A stretch of DNA of 64,000 nucleotides from an uncultured Candidatus Saccharibacteria bacterium (GCA_964427585.1 CAYRVC010000002.1:41513-105512); one strand, 5' to 3'; shown: positions 39,047 to 48,520, counted from the first letter of the stretch. The notes: generated by a model not told the origin, from the letters alone. A program made the numbers and translations.

Positions 39047-41608
39047 TTACTGGCAGCTGTCGCATTGCAATCGCTCCTGCGGGTCAGCCGGGCAGACGCT
39101 GTATTTTTTAACGCTGACTGCCATGGCCTCCGCCCTCGCTGTTTCTTTTTTTATTGCCGAAAAGCCTATTTTTCCAAGAGCCTCTCTTTTGTTAACCTGA
39201 ACCGTGCTCTGTTCGGCCGTATGGCGGGGCTTCATGTGCAGATAATAAGTTGTTTTCAGTCCTTTTTTCCAGGCCGTTTTGTAAATATCAATAATTTCTT
39301 CAATATCCCTCGTTTCAAGATACATGTTGCGGGACAACGCCTGGTCAACCCATTTTTGGGCGCGGGCAGCCACTTCAATAAACGCGTATGGGGATATTGT
39401 AAAAGCCGATTTGTATTTTCTTCTTACTCCTTCCGGAATTTTTGTAATTTCTGAAATATCTCCCTGGCGCTCAATTATTTCATGGCGGGTTGCCTCCCAT
39501 AGATTTAATTTTTGAAGGTCGTTTGCCAGATTATGATTTATATCGAAATATTTCCCGGATATTTTATTCCTTGAAAACACCTGAGCGAACCTGGGGTCTA
39601 TTCCAGGCGTGGTTCCGGCCACCAGCCCGATATTGGCGTTGGGAGCCACAGCCATAAGCGTGGCATTGCGCATGCCTTTTTTCACTTTTTTCCTTAAAAT
39701 CTCCCAATCTATTGAAAGCTCTTGAGCCCGGCTTTTTTTATCAACATCCAAAGCCATGCCCCGGTCTTTTTCCAAATTTTTGATCGTATCAATAGGCAAA
39801 AATCCCTTTGACCAGCCCGATCCTTGAAAGTTTTTATAACTTCCGCGCTCTTTGGCTAAATTGCAACTTTCATCTATGGCAATAAAACTGATAAATTCAA
39901 AAATTTTGTCTGCAAACCCGTATGATTCAATGCTGTCGTAAGCGAAACCCAGCAATTCCACAGCTTCGGCAAAACCCATAACCCCCAGCCCCACAGCCCT
40001 GTTTTCCCTGTCGGATTTTATTGCCTCAAGAACGGGCAGTTCATTGATGTCTATCAAATTATCCAAGTGCCTTATTGCCACGCGGACAGTCTGCTCAAAT
40101 TTTTCCCAGTCGATTTCTTTGCCTGAAACATGCGAGACCAGGTTGACTGACGCAAGGTTGCAGACGGCAATATTATTTTTATCCTGCGGCAGGCAGATTT
40201 CCGTGCATAAATTGGACATATGTATTGTCCCAGTATTATTATTTAAAGCCCGCAGGTTAATAGGGTCTTTAAAAGTAAGCCAGGGGTGCGATGTTGCTTC
40301 AAGCATTACCAGAATCTGCCGGAATTGTTCCTGAGCCGGAACTTTTTTGAAAACTCGCAATTTGCCGGCTTTTGCCATTTCAATGTATTCTTTATAACGC
40401 TTTGAAAAATCTTTCCCGCACAGTTCGTTGAGGTCCGGCGTTTCTTTCGGGTCGAACATATACCATTCTTCATTTTTTTCCACCCGTCTCATAAATTCGT
40501 CCGATATGAAAACCGCGGTATTGGCGGTTCTCATCCTCAAATAATCATCTCCGGCATTGTGCTTCCAGTACAAAAAATCAGGGAAATCAATATGCCAGTT
40601 TTCCATGTAAAAGCACAGGGCTCCTTTCTTTTTTCCTCCCCGCTGTATTGCCCGGATGGCCGTGTCAATTATTTTGGCGAATGGGGTAGGCCCGCTTGAA
40701 GCTGTGTTGTTTGAGGAAAGCGGAGACCCGCTGGCTCGGAGCTTGGTTATTGAAGCTCCGATTCCGCCGGTGGCTTTGGAAATCTTTATCACGTCGGAAA
40801 CCGATTTGGCGATGTGGTCTATGTCGTCGTGAATTTCCAAAAGAAAACAATTGGACAAAGCGGGCCTCTTTGTTCCCGCCCCTATGTTCGTGGAACCCCC
40901 TGCCAGATATTCCAGGCGCGACATTTTCTCGTAAAATTCAATAGCCAGGCCGGTCGGATTTTTTTCGTTATACGACAAACCCATGGCCACCCGCATAAAA
41001 AAATACTGGGGCGTTTCAACCGGCTGCATATTTTTATCTTTCAAAGCATATCTGTCAAACAATGTGGAAAGCCCGGCATATTTGAAAAGCTCGTCCCTGC
41101 TAATATCCAGCGCCTGGGCCAGTTTATTATGGTCGAATTTCTTTTCCAGTCTTTCATCCAAAATGCCTGATTCAACAAATTTTTTAATGTATTCTGTGAA
41201 CTTTTGGCTGTGCAGTTTTTTTAATAAAACAGGGTCTTCGCCGTAATCCCCTAAAATCCTTTTGTATGCGGTTTTAAGAAGCAGGCGGGTAGCTATTTTA
41301 TCATACGAGATATCCTCCTGGATATTTTGCAGGGCGGCGTTGATGGTGGCATGGTCGAGTTCTTCGGTAGTGATGCCGTCATAAAGCATCAGGCGCGTTT
41401 CAGTGGCGACCTGGACCACTTTTTCCACCGGATTGTCCAATCCCCTGCACGCCCTTTCAATTGATCTGTTTATCCTGTCCGCATTAAAAGACTCCCTGCT
41501 GCCGTCTCTTTTAGTGACCGATATAGATATAGACATAATAGTAAATATTATTAAATAGTAATTAATATTAAAGCATTCGAATATTATATCATATCGTAAA
41601 AATAGCAT
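39047..41608 (-). CDS. nrdA: Ribonucleotide reductase class I alpha subunit with N-terminal ATP-cone
   Basis: 853 aa; ATP-cone VTKRDGSRESFNADRI, catalytic cysteines, C-terminal CxxC tail; probable start at internal MSISIS (nt 41536); region is visibly more GC-rich than flanks. Confidence 0.9.
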   Translation of the reverse strand: MLFLRYDIIFECFNINYYLIIFTIMSISISVTKRDGSRESFNADRINRSIERACRGLDNPVEKVVQVATETRLMLYDGITTEELDHATINAALQNIQEDISYDKIATRLLLKTAYKRILGDYGEDPVLLKKLHSQKFTEYIKKFVESGILDERLEKKFDHNKLAQALDISRDELFKYAGLSTLFDRYALKDKNMQPVETPQYFFMRVAMGLSYNEKNPTGLAIEFYEKMSRLEYLAGGSTNIGAGTKRPALSNCFLLEIHDDIDHIAKSVSDVIKISKATGGIGASITKLRASGSPLSSNNTASSGPTPFAKIIDTAIRAIQRGGKKKGALCFYMENWHIDFPDFLYWKHNAGDDYLRMRTANTAVFISDEFMRRVEKNEEWYMFDPKETPDLNELCGKDFSKRYKEYIEMAKAGKLRVFKKVPAQEQFRQILVMLEATSHPWLTFKDPINLRALNNNTGTIHMSNLCTEICLPQDKNNIAVCNLASVNLVSHVSGKEIDWEKFEQTVRVAIRHLDNLIDINELPVLEAIKSDRENRAVGLGVMGFAEAVELLGFAYDSIESYGFADKIFEFISFIAIDESCNLAKERGSYKNFQGSGWSKGFLPIDTIKNLEKDRGMALDVDKKSRAQELSIDWEILRKKVKKGMRNATLMAVAPNANIGLVAGTTPGIDPRFAQVFSRNKISGKYFDINHNLANDLQKLNLWEATRHEIIERQGDISEITKIPEGVRRKYKSAFTISPYAFIEVAARAQKWVDQALSRNMYLETRDIEEIIDIYKTAWKKGLKTTYYLHMKPRHTAEQSTVQVNKREALGKIGFSAIKKETARAEAMAVSVKKYSVCPADPQERLQCDSCQ

Positions 41609-41768
41609 CTATTAAAAATTTTAAAAATTGCGGTAATTCTGTGGAAAACTATCCGTCGCCCGATATAAAAACCTCTCTAGCAAAGAAAACAAATGATATC
41701 TTGACAAGCCCGCCTGCCGAACGAATAATCCTCTAAACAAAAAGCGGAAAGATATCTTTCCGCTTTTT

Positions 41769-41843
41769 TGGTGCCCCCAGTTGGATTCGAACCAACATTT
41801 TAGACTCCGGAGGCCTAAGTTCTATCCATTGAACTATGGGGAC
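41769..41843 (-). tRNA. tRNA-Arg (anticodon CCG), CCA encoded
   Basis: Hand-folded: acceptor GTCCCCA/TGGGGGC, D stem GTTC/GAAC, anticodon stem TAGGC/GTCTA loop CTCCGGA, T-arm GTTGG-TTCGAAT-CCAAC, 3' ACCA; followed by bidirectional hairpin terminator 41741-41768. Confidence 0.85.
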
Positions 41844-41906
41844 TCTTTTGTTATGTTATCAAAAAGCTGGCAAAAAGCCAGCTTAAATTCCAAAGAGAAT
41901 AAAAAT

Positions 41907-42854
41907 CTATTTTACCCTGGAAACTCTTATCAAACCGGAGCATGGCACAATTTCAATTCCCTGCCTTTCGAGCTCGTCTAAAAACAAATTGACACCGATT
42001 GAATCAGAAGACATATGTCCGGCAATGACAATATTCACATTGGCCGCTTCGGCTTCTTTTTTATGTTCCTCTGAAATATGCATTCCCAACACTGTGCCTA
42101 TACCGGCTTGCGCCATTTTTTCATAAAGTTTTGGAGAACCTTCCGTGCCTCCGGTTATTTCGGTCAAAGCTATTTTCCCGCACCTGTTTTCAGGGGAGCC
42201 GACAAAAATTTTCGGCCCCACGCCTATCTTGGCCGCTTCTTTATATTCGGGAATCTGCTTTAACAGTTTTATTATGTCTTGAAGCTGGAACAGATCTTTA
42301 TTTTCAATTTGCTTTTTCAAAAATTCGGCTGCCAAATTGTCGCATACGGTATGCAGGCACATTAAATTAAAACCGAGGATTTTTGCCGCGTCAACGGTTT
42401 TCTGATGATTTGCCGAATTAACCCCTCTTGCAACCTCGGAAATTCTCGGATTCATCAAGCCCTCAGCCACGTTAATGGGAACGCCGTATTGGTTTAACAC
42501 ATCTGCCTGCAGTTCCATTACATCGGCCAGATTAGCCAAGGCCTTGCCAATCGGATGATGGGAAACGACCAGGTCAACTCCGCCGATTTCTTTAGCCATC
42601 AGTATCTCGGCGGAATTTATGTCTATGCCGACTAAAACTTTTTTTATTTCCTTATCTTCCGCTATGTGCAATATCCTTGAATCCAGAAAAGGATTTTCCA
42701 GGGATTCTGCGTCAAAGTCAGATTTTTCTTCCTCTGAAAGTTTCTGGTATTTTTCTTTTTTCTTTAGCAGGAGCTTATTTATAAAATCCCCTCCCCTGAA
42801 ATCCGAGGCAATGCCCATTTTAACCGCTAAATTATATATTTCTTTTATTGTCAT
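41907..42854 (-). CDS. Nif3-family dinuclear metal center protein (YqfO/YbgI-like)
   Basis: 315 aa; conserved DLVVSHHP and CLHTVCDN metal-binding motifs of NIF3 family. Confidence 0.75.
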   Translation of the reverse strand: MTIKEIYNLAVKMGIASDFRGGDFINKLLLKKKEKYQKLSEEEKSDFDAESLENPFLDSRILHIAEDKEIKKVLVGIDINSAEILMAKEIGGVDLVVSHHPIGKALANLADVMELQADVLNQYGVPINVAEGLMNPRISEVARGVNSANHQKTVDAAKILGFNLMCLHTVCDNLAAEFLKKQIENKDLFQLQDIIKLLKQIPEYKEAAKIGVGPKIFVGSPENRCGKIALTEITGGTEGSPKLYEKMAQAGIGTVLGMHISEEHKKEAEAANVNIVIAGHMSSDSIGVNLFLDELERQGIEIVPCSGLIRVSRVK

Positions 42855-43129
42855 ATTTTTCGTATATTTTATTTATTGATTCTTTTTGTTTTTTTACATC
42901 CAAAACACCCCGGCGTATGCGGGATTTTTCTCTGCGGATAAATTTACGCGCTGATTTCGGAAGTTTCTTATGCATAGATTAAATGAAAAAAATAAACTCA
43001 TCATTTTTACAATATGCTATAAAGCATATCCTAATTTTTAACATAAAGCAAGGAGTTATAAAGAAGTTTACAGGTTTGACAAACTTTCCTAATTTGATAC
43101 AAAGAAACCAGCTCTTTTACAGTTTAAAC

Positions 43130-43231
43130 TGGTTTTATCTGCATGTAGAAGAAAAATATCGGGAAGACGAGATTTGGGTAACTAATATCTTTGATCTAGT
43201 GGTAAATGTTTTAAAACCAAAACAAAAATAA
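43130..43231 (+). pseudogene. 3' fragment duplicated from the 252-aa gene (36899..37657)
   Basis: ~85% nt identity to 36899-36975 reverse complement; encodes EEKYREDEIWVTNIFDLVVNVLKPK vs KEKYREDEIWVTNFFDLVVNVLEPK. Confidence 0.55.
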
Positions 43232-43265
43232 ACTTAGCAAAGAAGAACCATGAAAGGAGACTGTC

Positions 43266-43526
43266 ATGCTTTCTAGAGCAACAAAAAAATTAGCTGAAGA
43301 AGTATTCGGATATTTTGATGAAAGAGATAAAAGGGTTTTCGGCCATATTACCGCAAAAAGGAGAGAAGAAGCAAAAAAAAACCCAGAGGTCTGTTTAATA
43401 GCATTGCTTTTAGCTATTAAAGAAAAGCTTCCTTATAGTTGCGCAATTCTTAGAAGTACTGTTGAAGAAGCGCTTTACGAAGACAATATAGAAGAAGCAA
43501 AAAAAAGATTAAAGAAAGCCAAATAA
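43266..43526 (+). CDS. Hypothetical 86-aa protein (paralog of 36643..36867)
   Basis: Shares MLS.AT..L..E...YFD......ACL.A.LL.IK..LP.S.A.L....E.A......EAKK...KAK with 74-aa ORF; followed by hairpin with same loop ATTCATCAAAC and T-run. Confidence 0.5.
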   Translation: MLSRATKKLAEEVFGYFDERDKRVFGHITAKRREEAKKNPEVCLIALLLAIKEKLPYSCAILRSTVEEALYEDNIEEAKKRLKKAK

Positions 43527-43569
43527 AATCTTATCTTAAGTTTTAAAGAAAAACATATGCCTCGATTCA

Positions 43570-43812
43570 TCAAACCGGGGCTTTTTTATTTTTAATTATA
43601 AATCTTAACTTGTTAAAATCTTTCACAGTTTGGCTTGTTATTTCTTCTGACAAAGAAGAAAAATCTTTTATTTTTGAATTTAAATACTTCACAACGGCCT
43701 CTAAGTCTTTTTCAAATTGAGGCTGTGCTTCCTCTTTTGTTTCTATGGTTTTTTCAACGGCTTTGGCGACGCTCGTTTCTTCTTCTGTTGAAAAATTTTC
43801 TCGATTCCTCAT
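43570..43812 (-). CDS. Hypothetical 80-aa protein
   Basis: ORF only; acidic/lysine-rich; no motif. Confidence 0.3.
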   Translation of the reverse strand: MRNRENFSTEEETSVAKAVEKTIETKEEAQPQFEKDLEAVVKYLNSKIKDFSSLSEEITSQTVKDFNKLRFIIKNKKAPV

Positions 43813-43818
43813 AATTTT

Positions 43819-43845
43819 AATTTGTGAGCCCCGAGCTCACAAATT
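43819..43845. repeat. REP-like hairpin copy (AATTTGTGAGC-CCCGA-GCTCACAAATT) overlapping Mur ligase stop codon
   Basis: Perfect 11-bp stem, CCCGA loop. Confidence 0.55.
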
Positions 43846-45114
43846 TTTTAAATTTAAAAAATCTCTTACTGTTTGCCTATCGTCCCAGGGGATTTTTTTT
43901 CCGTTTTTAAGGCACATCCAAGGCTCAGACCCCTTTCCTGTAATTATAACAATATCGCCGGGTTTTGCAAAGCTTAAAGCGTGATTTATCGCCTCTTTTC
44001 TGTCTGGAATTTTTTCCGCTTTTCCGCCCGCCCCCATGGCAACCTGGCTGATTATTTCCATCGGATCTTCGTCATAAGGGTCTTCATTGGTAATAATAAT
44101 TTTATCGCAGTATTTTGCCGCGATTTTTCCCAACTCCGGCCTTTTCCATTTGTCCCTGCCGCCTCCGCAAGAACCCAGCACGCATATTAGTTTGAAATTT
44201 AAAATTTGAAATTTGAAATTTTTTAACGTTTTATAAACGCCTTCTAACTGTTCAGGGGTATGCGCATAATCAACAACAGTCATAAAAGGCTGTTTGGCAA
44301 CAATTTCCATTCTTCCAGGAATTGCTCTGGCTTTTTCTAAAGCTTTAGCGCAAGTTTTTAGATCAACGCCATAAGCTTTGGCAACGCATAATGCCGCCAA
44401 AGCATTACAAATATTAAATTCGCCCAATAGGTTAAGGTTGAATTTTTGCCCTCCAGCCTCAAAGCTGATTCCGTTTTCTGACTTTATATTTTTTGCGTTT
44501 TTAATGCTAAATCTTATTTTTTTTCTTGCCCTGATTTTCAAAAAATGCCCTGCGTTCTCGTCATCTTCATTGATTATATGGATATTTTTTGCCGCCTTGA
44601 ATAATTTTAATTTTTCATTCCTGTAATTTTCAAAACCGCCGTGCGATTCCAGGTGCTCTTTGCCCAAATTGGTAAAAACAGCCGCGTCAAAATTTATAAA
44701 CTTGTGGCGAAACTGTTTTATGCCTTCTGACGTAACTTCTAAAACAACGAATTTACATCCCGCATTTTTTGCCTGGCTTAAAAACTTCTGTATTGCCAAT
44801 CTTCCCGGCATTGTCATTTTATAATTGTTTTTCCATTCTTTTTCCCCGATTTTAAACCTTATGGAAGAGATGGATGCTGTTTTATTGCCAGCTTCCTCCA
44901 AAATCCTTGTTATGAAATCAACCGTTGTTGACTTGCCACTGGTGCCCGTAACCCCGATAATTTTCATATTCTTGTCTTTGCCCGCGAATCCATGCAAAAA
45001 AGCCCCAAGCAATGCCAGTTTATAGTGATAAGCGCTCAGAAAAAACTTTGGCGTAATTTTTTTTATTGTTTCCTTAATTGCCATTGTTTTTAATTTAACA
45101 CGGAGTTCAAACAA
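43837..45114 (-). CDS. Mur ligase family protein (MurE/MurF-like)
   Basis: 425 aa; P-loop GVTGTSGKSTT, DYAHTPE, C-terminal GKGSE..D motif; contains TTCAAAT microsatellite encoding KNFKFQILNFK. Confidence 0.75.
   Translation of the reverse strand: MFELRVKLKTMAIKETIKKITPKFFLSAYHYKLALLGAFLHGFAGKDKNMKIIGVTGTSGKSTTVDFITRILEEAGNKTASISSIRFKIGEKEWKNNYKMTMPGRLAIQKFLSQAKNAGCKFVVLEVTSEGIKQFRHKFINFDAAVFTNLGKEHLESHGGFENYRNEKLKLFKAAKNIHIINEDDENAGHFLKIRARKKIRFSIKNAKNIKSENGISFEAGGQKFNLNLLGEFNICNALAALCVAKAYGVDLKTCAKALEKARAIPGRMEIVAKQPFMTVVDYAHTPEQLEGVYKTLKNFKFQILNFKLICVLGSCGGGRDKWKRPELGKIAAKYCDKIIITNEDPYDEDPMEIISQVAMGAGGKAEKIPDRKEAINHALSFAKPGDIVIITGKGSEPWMCLKNGKKIPWDDRQTVRDFLNLKNL
44191..44226. repeat. Heptamer microsatellite (ATTTGAA/TTCAAAT)n inside Mur ligase CDS
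   Basis: Encodes KNFKFQILNFK on coding strand. Confidence 0.7.
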
Positions 45115-45157
45115 AAAAAAGAGCCTGATATTTTCCAGGCTCTATAAGCAATAAAAA

Positions 45158-45553
45158 TTATTTATTGCCGTTTGCTATTGCTTTTTTAAAACTTTGCATT
45201 AAGGCTTCGGCGCTTGCCTTTATTACATCTGTTGAAACAGCTTTTGTGATCCATTCTTTAATCCCGTCGGAAGAAATTATCATTACTTCCACGGAGGACG
45301 CGGTCCCGGCGCTTCCATCTTTTATTCTGACCCAAAAATCTTTAAGGGTTATATCTTTCAATTTTGGAAAATAAGGATTTAATGCTTTCCTTATGGCCGT
45401 ATCCAGGGCGTTAATCGGGCCGTTTCCTTCGGCCACTTTATGCTCGTAGTTCTGGCCAATTTTTATTTTAACGGTTGCTTCAGACGGCGTTTGATTTTTC
45501 AAGTCGCTTTCAGATTCAACTTTATAATGCAAAACTTCAAAAGCGCATTCCAT
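45158..45553 (-). CDS. Stand-alone LeuA-dimer/regulatory-like domain protein
   Basis: 131 aa; GNGPINALDTAI resembles allosteric domain of 2-isopropylmalate/citramalate synthase. Confidence 0.4.
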   Translation of the reverse strand: MECAFEVLHYKVESESDLKNQTPSEATVKIKIGQNYEHKVAEGNGPINALDTAIRKALNPYFPKLKDITLKDFWVRIKDGSAGTASSVEVMIISSDGIKEWITKAVSTDVIKASAEALMQSFKKAIANGNK

Positions 45554-45589
45554 TTTCCGGCTCCTTGTTTTGAAATGTGAAAGGGCTAA

Positions 45590-45790
45590 TACCTTGAATT
45601 ACGAAATGACCTTCAACTCTTTATGTTTTGGCTTTGGCTACGCCTTTGTAAAAATTTTTAGACAGACTTGTTTCACAGTATGCCTAAAAATTTTTACAAA
45701 GTCTCGCCAGGTCGGGAAATCCTGCTTCGCAGGAATTTCTCGCGACCCTACGAAAGCCAAACCAAAATAGTTCGGAAGGCATTTCGTAAC
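45590..45790. ncRNA. Candidate structured RNA: ~200-nt long imperfect hairpin (6S-RNA-like architecture)
   Basis: Outer arms TACGAAATGACCTTC / GAAGGCATTTCGTA, inner 18-bp stem CTTTGTAAAAATTTTTAG / CTAAAAATTTTTACAAAG, asymmetric internal insertion; in a 400-nt gene-free interval. Confidence 0.3.
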
Positions 45791-45956
45791 TCAAGGTAAT
45801 AAATAAAAAACCTCTTTTTAAAGAAGAGGCACATTCAATTTTCAATCTTCAATACAAATGTGCTCCTTCTTTAAGAGAGGTTAATAATGATATTAATAAT
45901 ATTTTTTAAAGCCCTGAAATTCATATGTTAAATGCTACAAAATTAAACAATTTATG

Positions 45957-46520
45957 TCAACCTTTTCCTAAAATTTTCAGCGCTTGTTTTATTTTTTCTT
46001 CGGGGTCTTTTATCTCTTTTGGAATTTGGGCCAAGGCTTGTTTTGCCTGTTGTTTTAAAAAGCCTAATTGCATTAAAGCCGATTCAGCTTCATCAATTAA
46101 AGAAGATTTTTGGTCTGACGTTTTTATTTTACCGGTTAATTCTAAAATTATCGCCATTGCCCTTTTCTGGCCGATTCCGGGAATTCCGGCAAAAACATTT
46201 TCATCCTGCTTTAAAATCTTGTCTTTTATTTTTTCCAGAGGGCCTATGACGGAAATCTCCAGGGCGGCTTTAGGCCCCACGCCGCGTATGCCGTTAAGCG
46301 TTTCAAAAAATTCCAGCTCTTCATAGCTTAAAAACCCGTATAAGTCTGATACATCTTCCCTTATATTTTGGAAACAAAAGAGATTGATGTTTACGCCGAT
46401 TTCTGGTAGCCTTAACAAGGTTTGGCGGGATAAAAAAACCTTATAGCCGACATTATTGACTTCCAATATAATAAACTTATCTTTTTTTAATATAATTTTT
46501 CCGAAGAGATATGCTATCAT
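45957..46520 (-). CDS. ruvA: Holliday junction branch-migration protein RuvA
   Basis: Start at internal MIAYLFGKI..VNNVGYKVF (OB domain), HhH pairs; ORF-track start 46556 would overlap uvrB start. Confidence 0.8.
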   Translation of the reverse strand: MIAYLFGKIILKKDKFIILEVNNVGYKVFLSRQTLLRLPEIGVNINLFCFQNIREDVSDLYGFLSYEELEFFETLNGIRGVGPKAALEISVIGPLEKIKDKILKQDENVFAGIPGIGQKRAMAIILELTGKIKTSDQKSSLIDEAESALMQLGFLKQQAKQALAQIPKEIKDPEEKIKQALKILGKG

Positions 46521-46534
46521 TAAATTAATTATAT

Positions 46535-48478
46535 ATGAAATTTGAACTGATTTCAAAATTCAAGCCGAAAGGCGACCAGCCGGAGGCCATAAAAAAACTT
46601 TCGCGGAATCTTAAAGCCGGAATAAAACACCAGGTGCTTTTGGGCGTGACCGGATCCGGAAAAACTTTTACCATGGCTTCTGTAATTGAAAAAATGAATA
46701 AGCCAGCTCTCGTGATATCGCCCAACAAAACGCTGGCGGCCCAGCTATATCAGGAATTCAAAGAATTTTTCCCCGATAATGCCGTTCACTATTTTGTTTC
46801 TTATTATGATTACTACCAGCCCGAAGCCTATATCCCTCAGACGGATACCTATATAGAAAAAGACGCCAAAATAAACGAGGAAATCGACCGCTTGAGGCAT
46901 TCTGCCGTTCAGGACGTGATATCAAGAAGAGACGCGATAGTCGTGGCCTCGGTTTCCTGCATATATAACATCGGCGACCCTAAAAATTACCAGGAAGTTT
47001 CCTTGGATATAAAAACCGGCCAGAAAATAAAAAGGAAGGATTTTATCTTGCGATTAACCGATATGCAATATAAAAGGAACGATATTGATTTTAAACCCGG
47101 TTCCTTTCGCGCCAGAGGAGACATGATAGACGTTTATTTGGTGACCGGAGAAAAAATTTTAAGAGTGGAGTTTTTAGGCGATACAATATCAAAAATATCC
47201 GAATCCGCGCCAAAAATAAATTCAAATTTCAAATTTCAAATTTCAAATTTTTCGTTGTTTCCCGCCACTTTCTGGGTGGCTCCGCAAAGCAAGCTTAAAA
47301 TAGCCCTTGAAAACATAAGGCTGGAGCTTCAGGAAAGGTTGAAAATTTTAAACAAGGAAAAAAAACTGCTGGAAGCCGAAAGACTGGAGCAAAAAACAAA
47401 CTACGACTTGGAAATGCTGGAGGAAACAGGCATCTGCCACGGCATTGAAAACTATTCAAGACACTTGGAATTTAGGAAGCCCGGGCAGGCCCCTTTCAGC
47501 CTGATTGATTATTTCGATTATTTCAACAAGGAAGGTTTTTTGATATTTATAGACGAATCGCACATCACCGTCCCCCAGATAAGGGCTATGTCCGCGCAAG
47601 ACAGGATAAGAAAAGAAACCTTGATTGATTTTGGATTCAGGCTACCGTCTGCCGTGGACAACCGGCCTTTGGCTTTCAAGGAATTTGAAGAAAGGGAAAG
47701 GCAAACGGTTTATGTTTCCGCCACGCCGGCTGATTACGAGATAACGAAGGCGGATAACAATATAGCAGAACAGTTGATCAGACCCACCGGACTTTTGGAG
47801 CCTAAAATAGAAATAAGAAAAACCGAAAACCAGATCAAAGATTTGTTGAAAGAAATAGAGATACAAACCTTAAAAAAACAACGCATACTGGTTTTGACCC
47901 TGACAAAAAGACTGGCGGAAGAAATTTCAGATTATCTTATAGAGAAAGGGGTTAAAACCCAGTATCTGCACTCTGAGGTAAAAACTTTGGAGCGGCCGGA
48001 AATTTTAAAAAATTTAAGGCAGGGAAAATACGACGTCCTGGTGGGAATCAACCTTTTAAGGGAAGGGATTGATCTGCCGGAAGTGGCTTTAGTGGCTATT
48101 CTGGATGCCGACAAAGAAGGATTTTTAAGGAACAGGACGACTTTGATACAGATAATGGGCAGGGCAGCCAGGCATCCTTCAGGCCGAATCATTCTGTATG
48201 CGGACACAACCACCCAATCAATGAAGTCAGCTATAAAAGAAATCCACAGAAGAAGAAAAATCCAGGAAGATTACAATAAAAAACACAAAATAACTCCAAG
48301 CCCCATTATTAAAGACATAAGAGATTGGGGATTTTCCAAAAAAGAAGACATTGCCTCCGAGTTCTGGCTGGTCCAGGATAAAAAACTTCTTGAAAAAGAA
48401 ATGCAAAAAGCCGCTCAAAACCTTGATTTTGAAAGGGCGGCCGAACTAAGAGACCTGATTAAAAAACAAGAAAAGTAG
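46535..48478 (+). CDS. uvrB: Excinuclease ABC subunit B
   Basis: 647 aa; GVTGSGKTFT Walker A, helicase motifs, C-terminal UVR domain ..ERAAELRDLI..; contains TTCAAAT x4 microsatellite (47221-47248). Confidence 0.95.
   Translation: MKFELISKFKPKGDQPEAIKKLSRNLKAGIKHQVLLGVTGSGKTFTMASVIEKMNKPALVISPNKTLAAQLYQEFKEFFPDNAVHYFVSYYDYYQPEAYIPQTDTYIEKDAKINEEIDRLRHSAVQDVISRRDAIVVASVSCIYNIGDPKNYQEVSLDIKTGQKIKRKDFILRLTDMQYKRNDIDFKPGSFRARGDMIDVYLVTGEKILRVEFLGDTISKISESAPKINSNFKFQISNFSLFPATFWVAPQSKLKIALENIRLELQERLKILNKEKKLLEAERLEQKTNYDLEMLEETGICHGIENYSRHLEFRKPGQAPFSLIDYFDYFNKEGFLIFIDESHITVPQIRAMSAQDRIRKETLIDFGFRLPSAVDNRPLAFKEFEERERQTVYVSATPADYEITKADNNIAEQLIRPTGLLEPKIEIRKTENQIKDLLKEIEIQTLKKQRILVLTLTKRLAEEISDYLIEKGVKTQYLHSEVKTLERPEILKNLRQGKYDVLVGINLLREGIDLPEVALVAILDADKEGFLRNRTTLIQIMGRAARHPSGRIILYADTTTQSMKSAIKEIHRRRKIQEDYNKKHKITPSPIIKDIRDWGFSKKEDIASEFWLVQDKKLLEKEMQKAAQNLDFERAAELRDLIKKQEK
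47221..47248. repeat. Heptamer microsatellite (TTCAAAT)x4 inside uvrB CDS
   Basis: Encodes NSNFKFQISNF on coding strand; same unit as in Mur ligase gene. Confidence 0.7.
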
Positions 48479-48520
48479 TTCATTGCCTCAAAACAAGCAA
48501 TCTTTTGTTTTGAGGTCTTA

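Noticed and set aside
39324-41246. Multiple 60-120 aa ORFs on both strands inside nrdA/nrdB
   Set aside because: They are artefacts of the locally higher GC content. The long minus-strand frames have unambiguous RNR motifs.
41540-41640. Possible NrdR box upstream of nrdA (AT-rich TATATCATAT-like sequence)
   Set aside because: The match to the NrdR consensus is weak in generally AT-rich DNA, and no nrdR gene is seen in the window.
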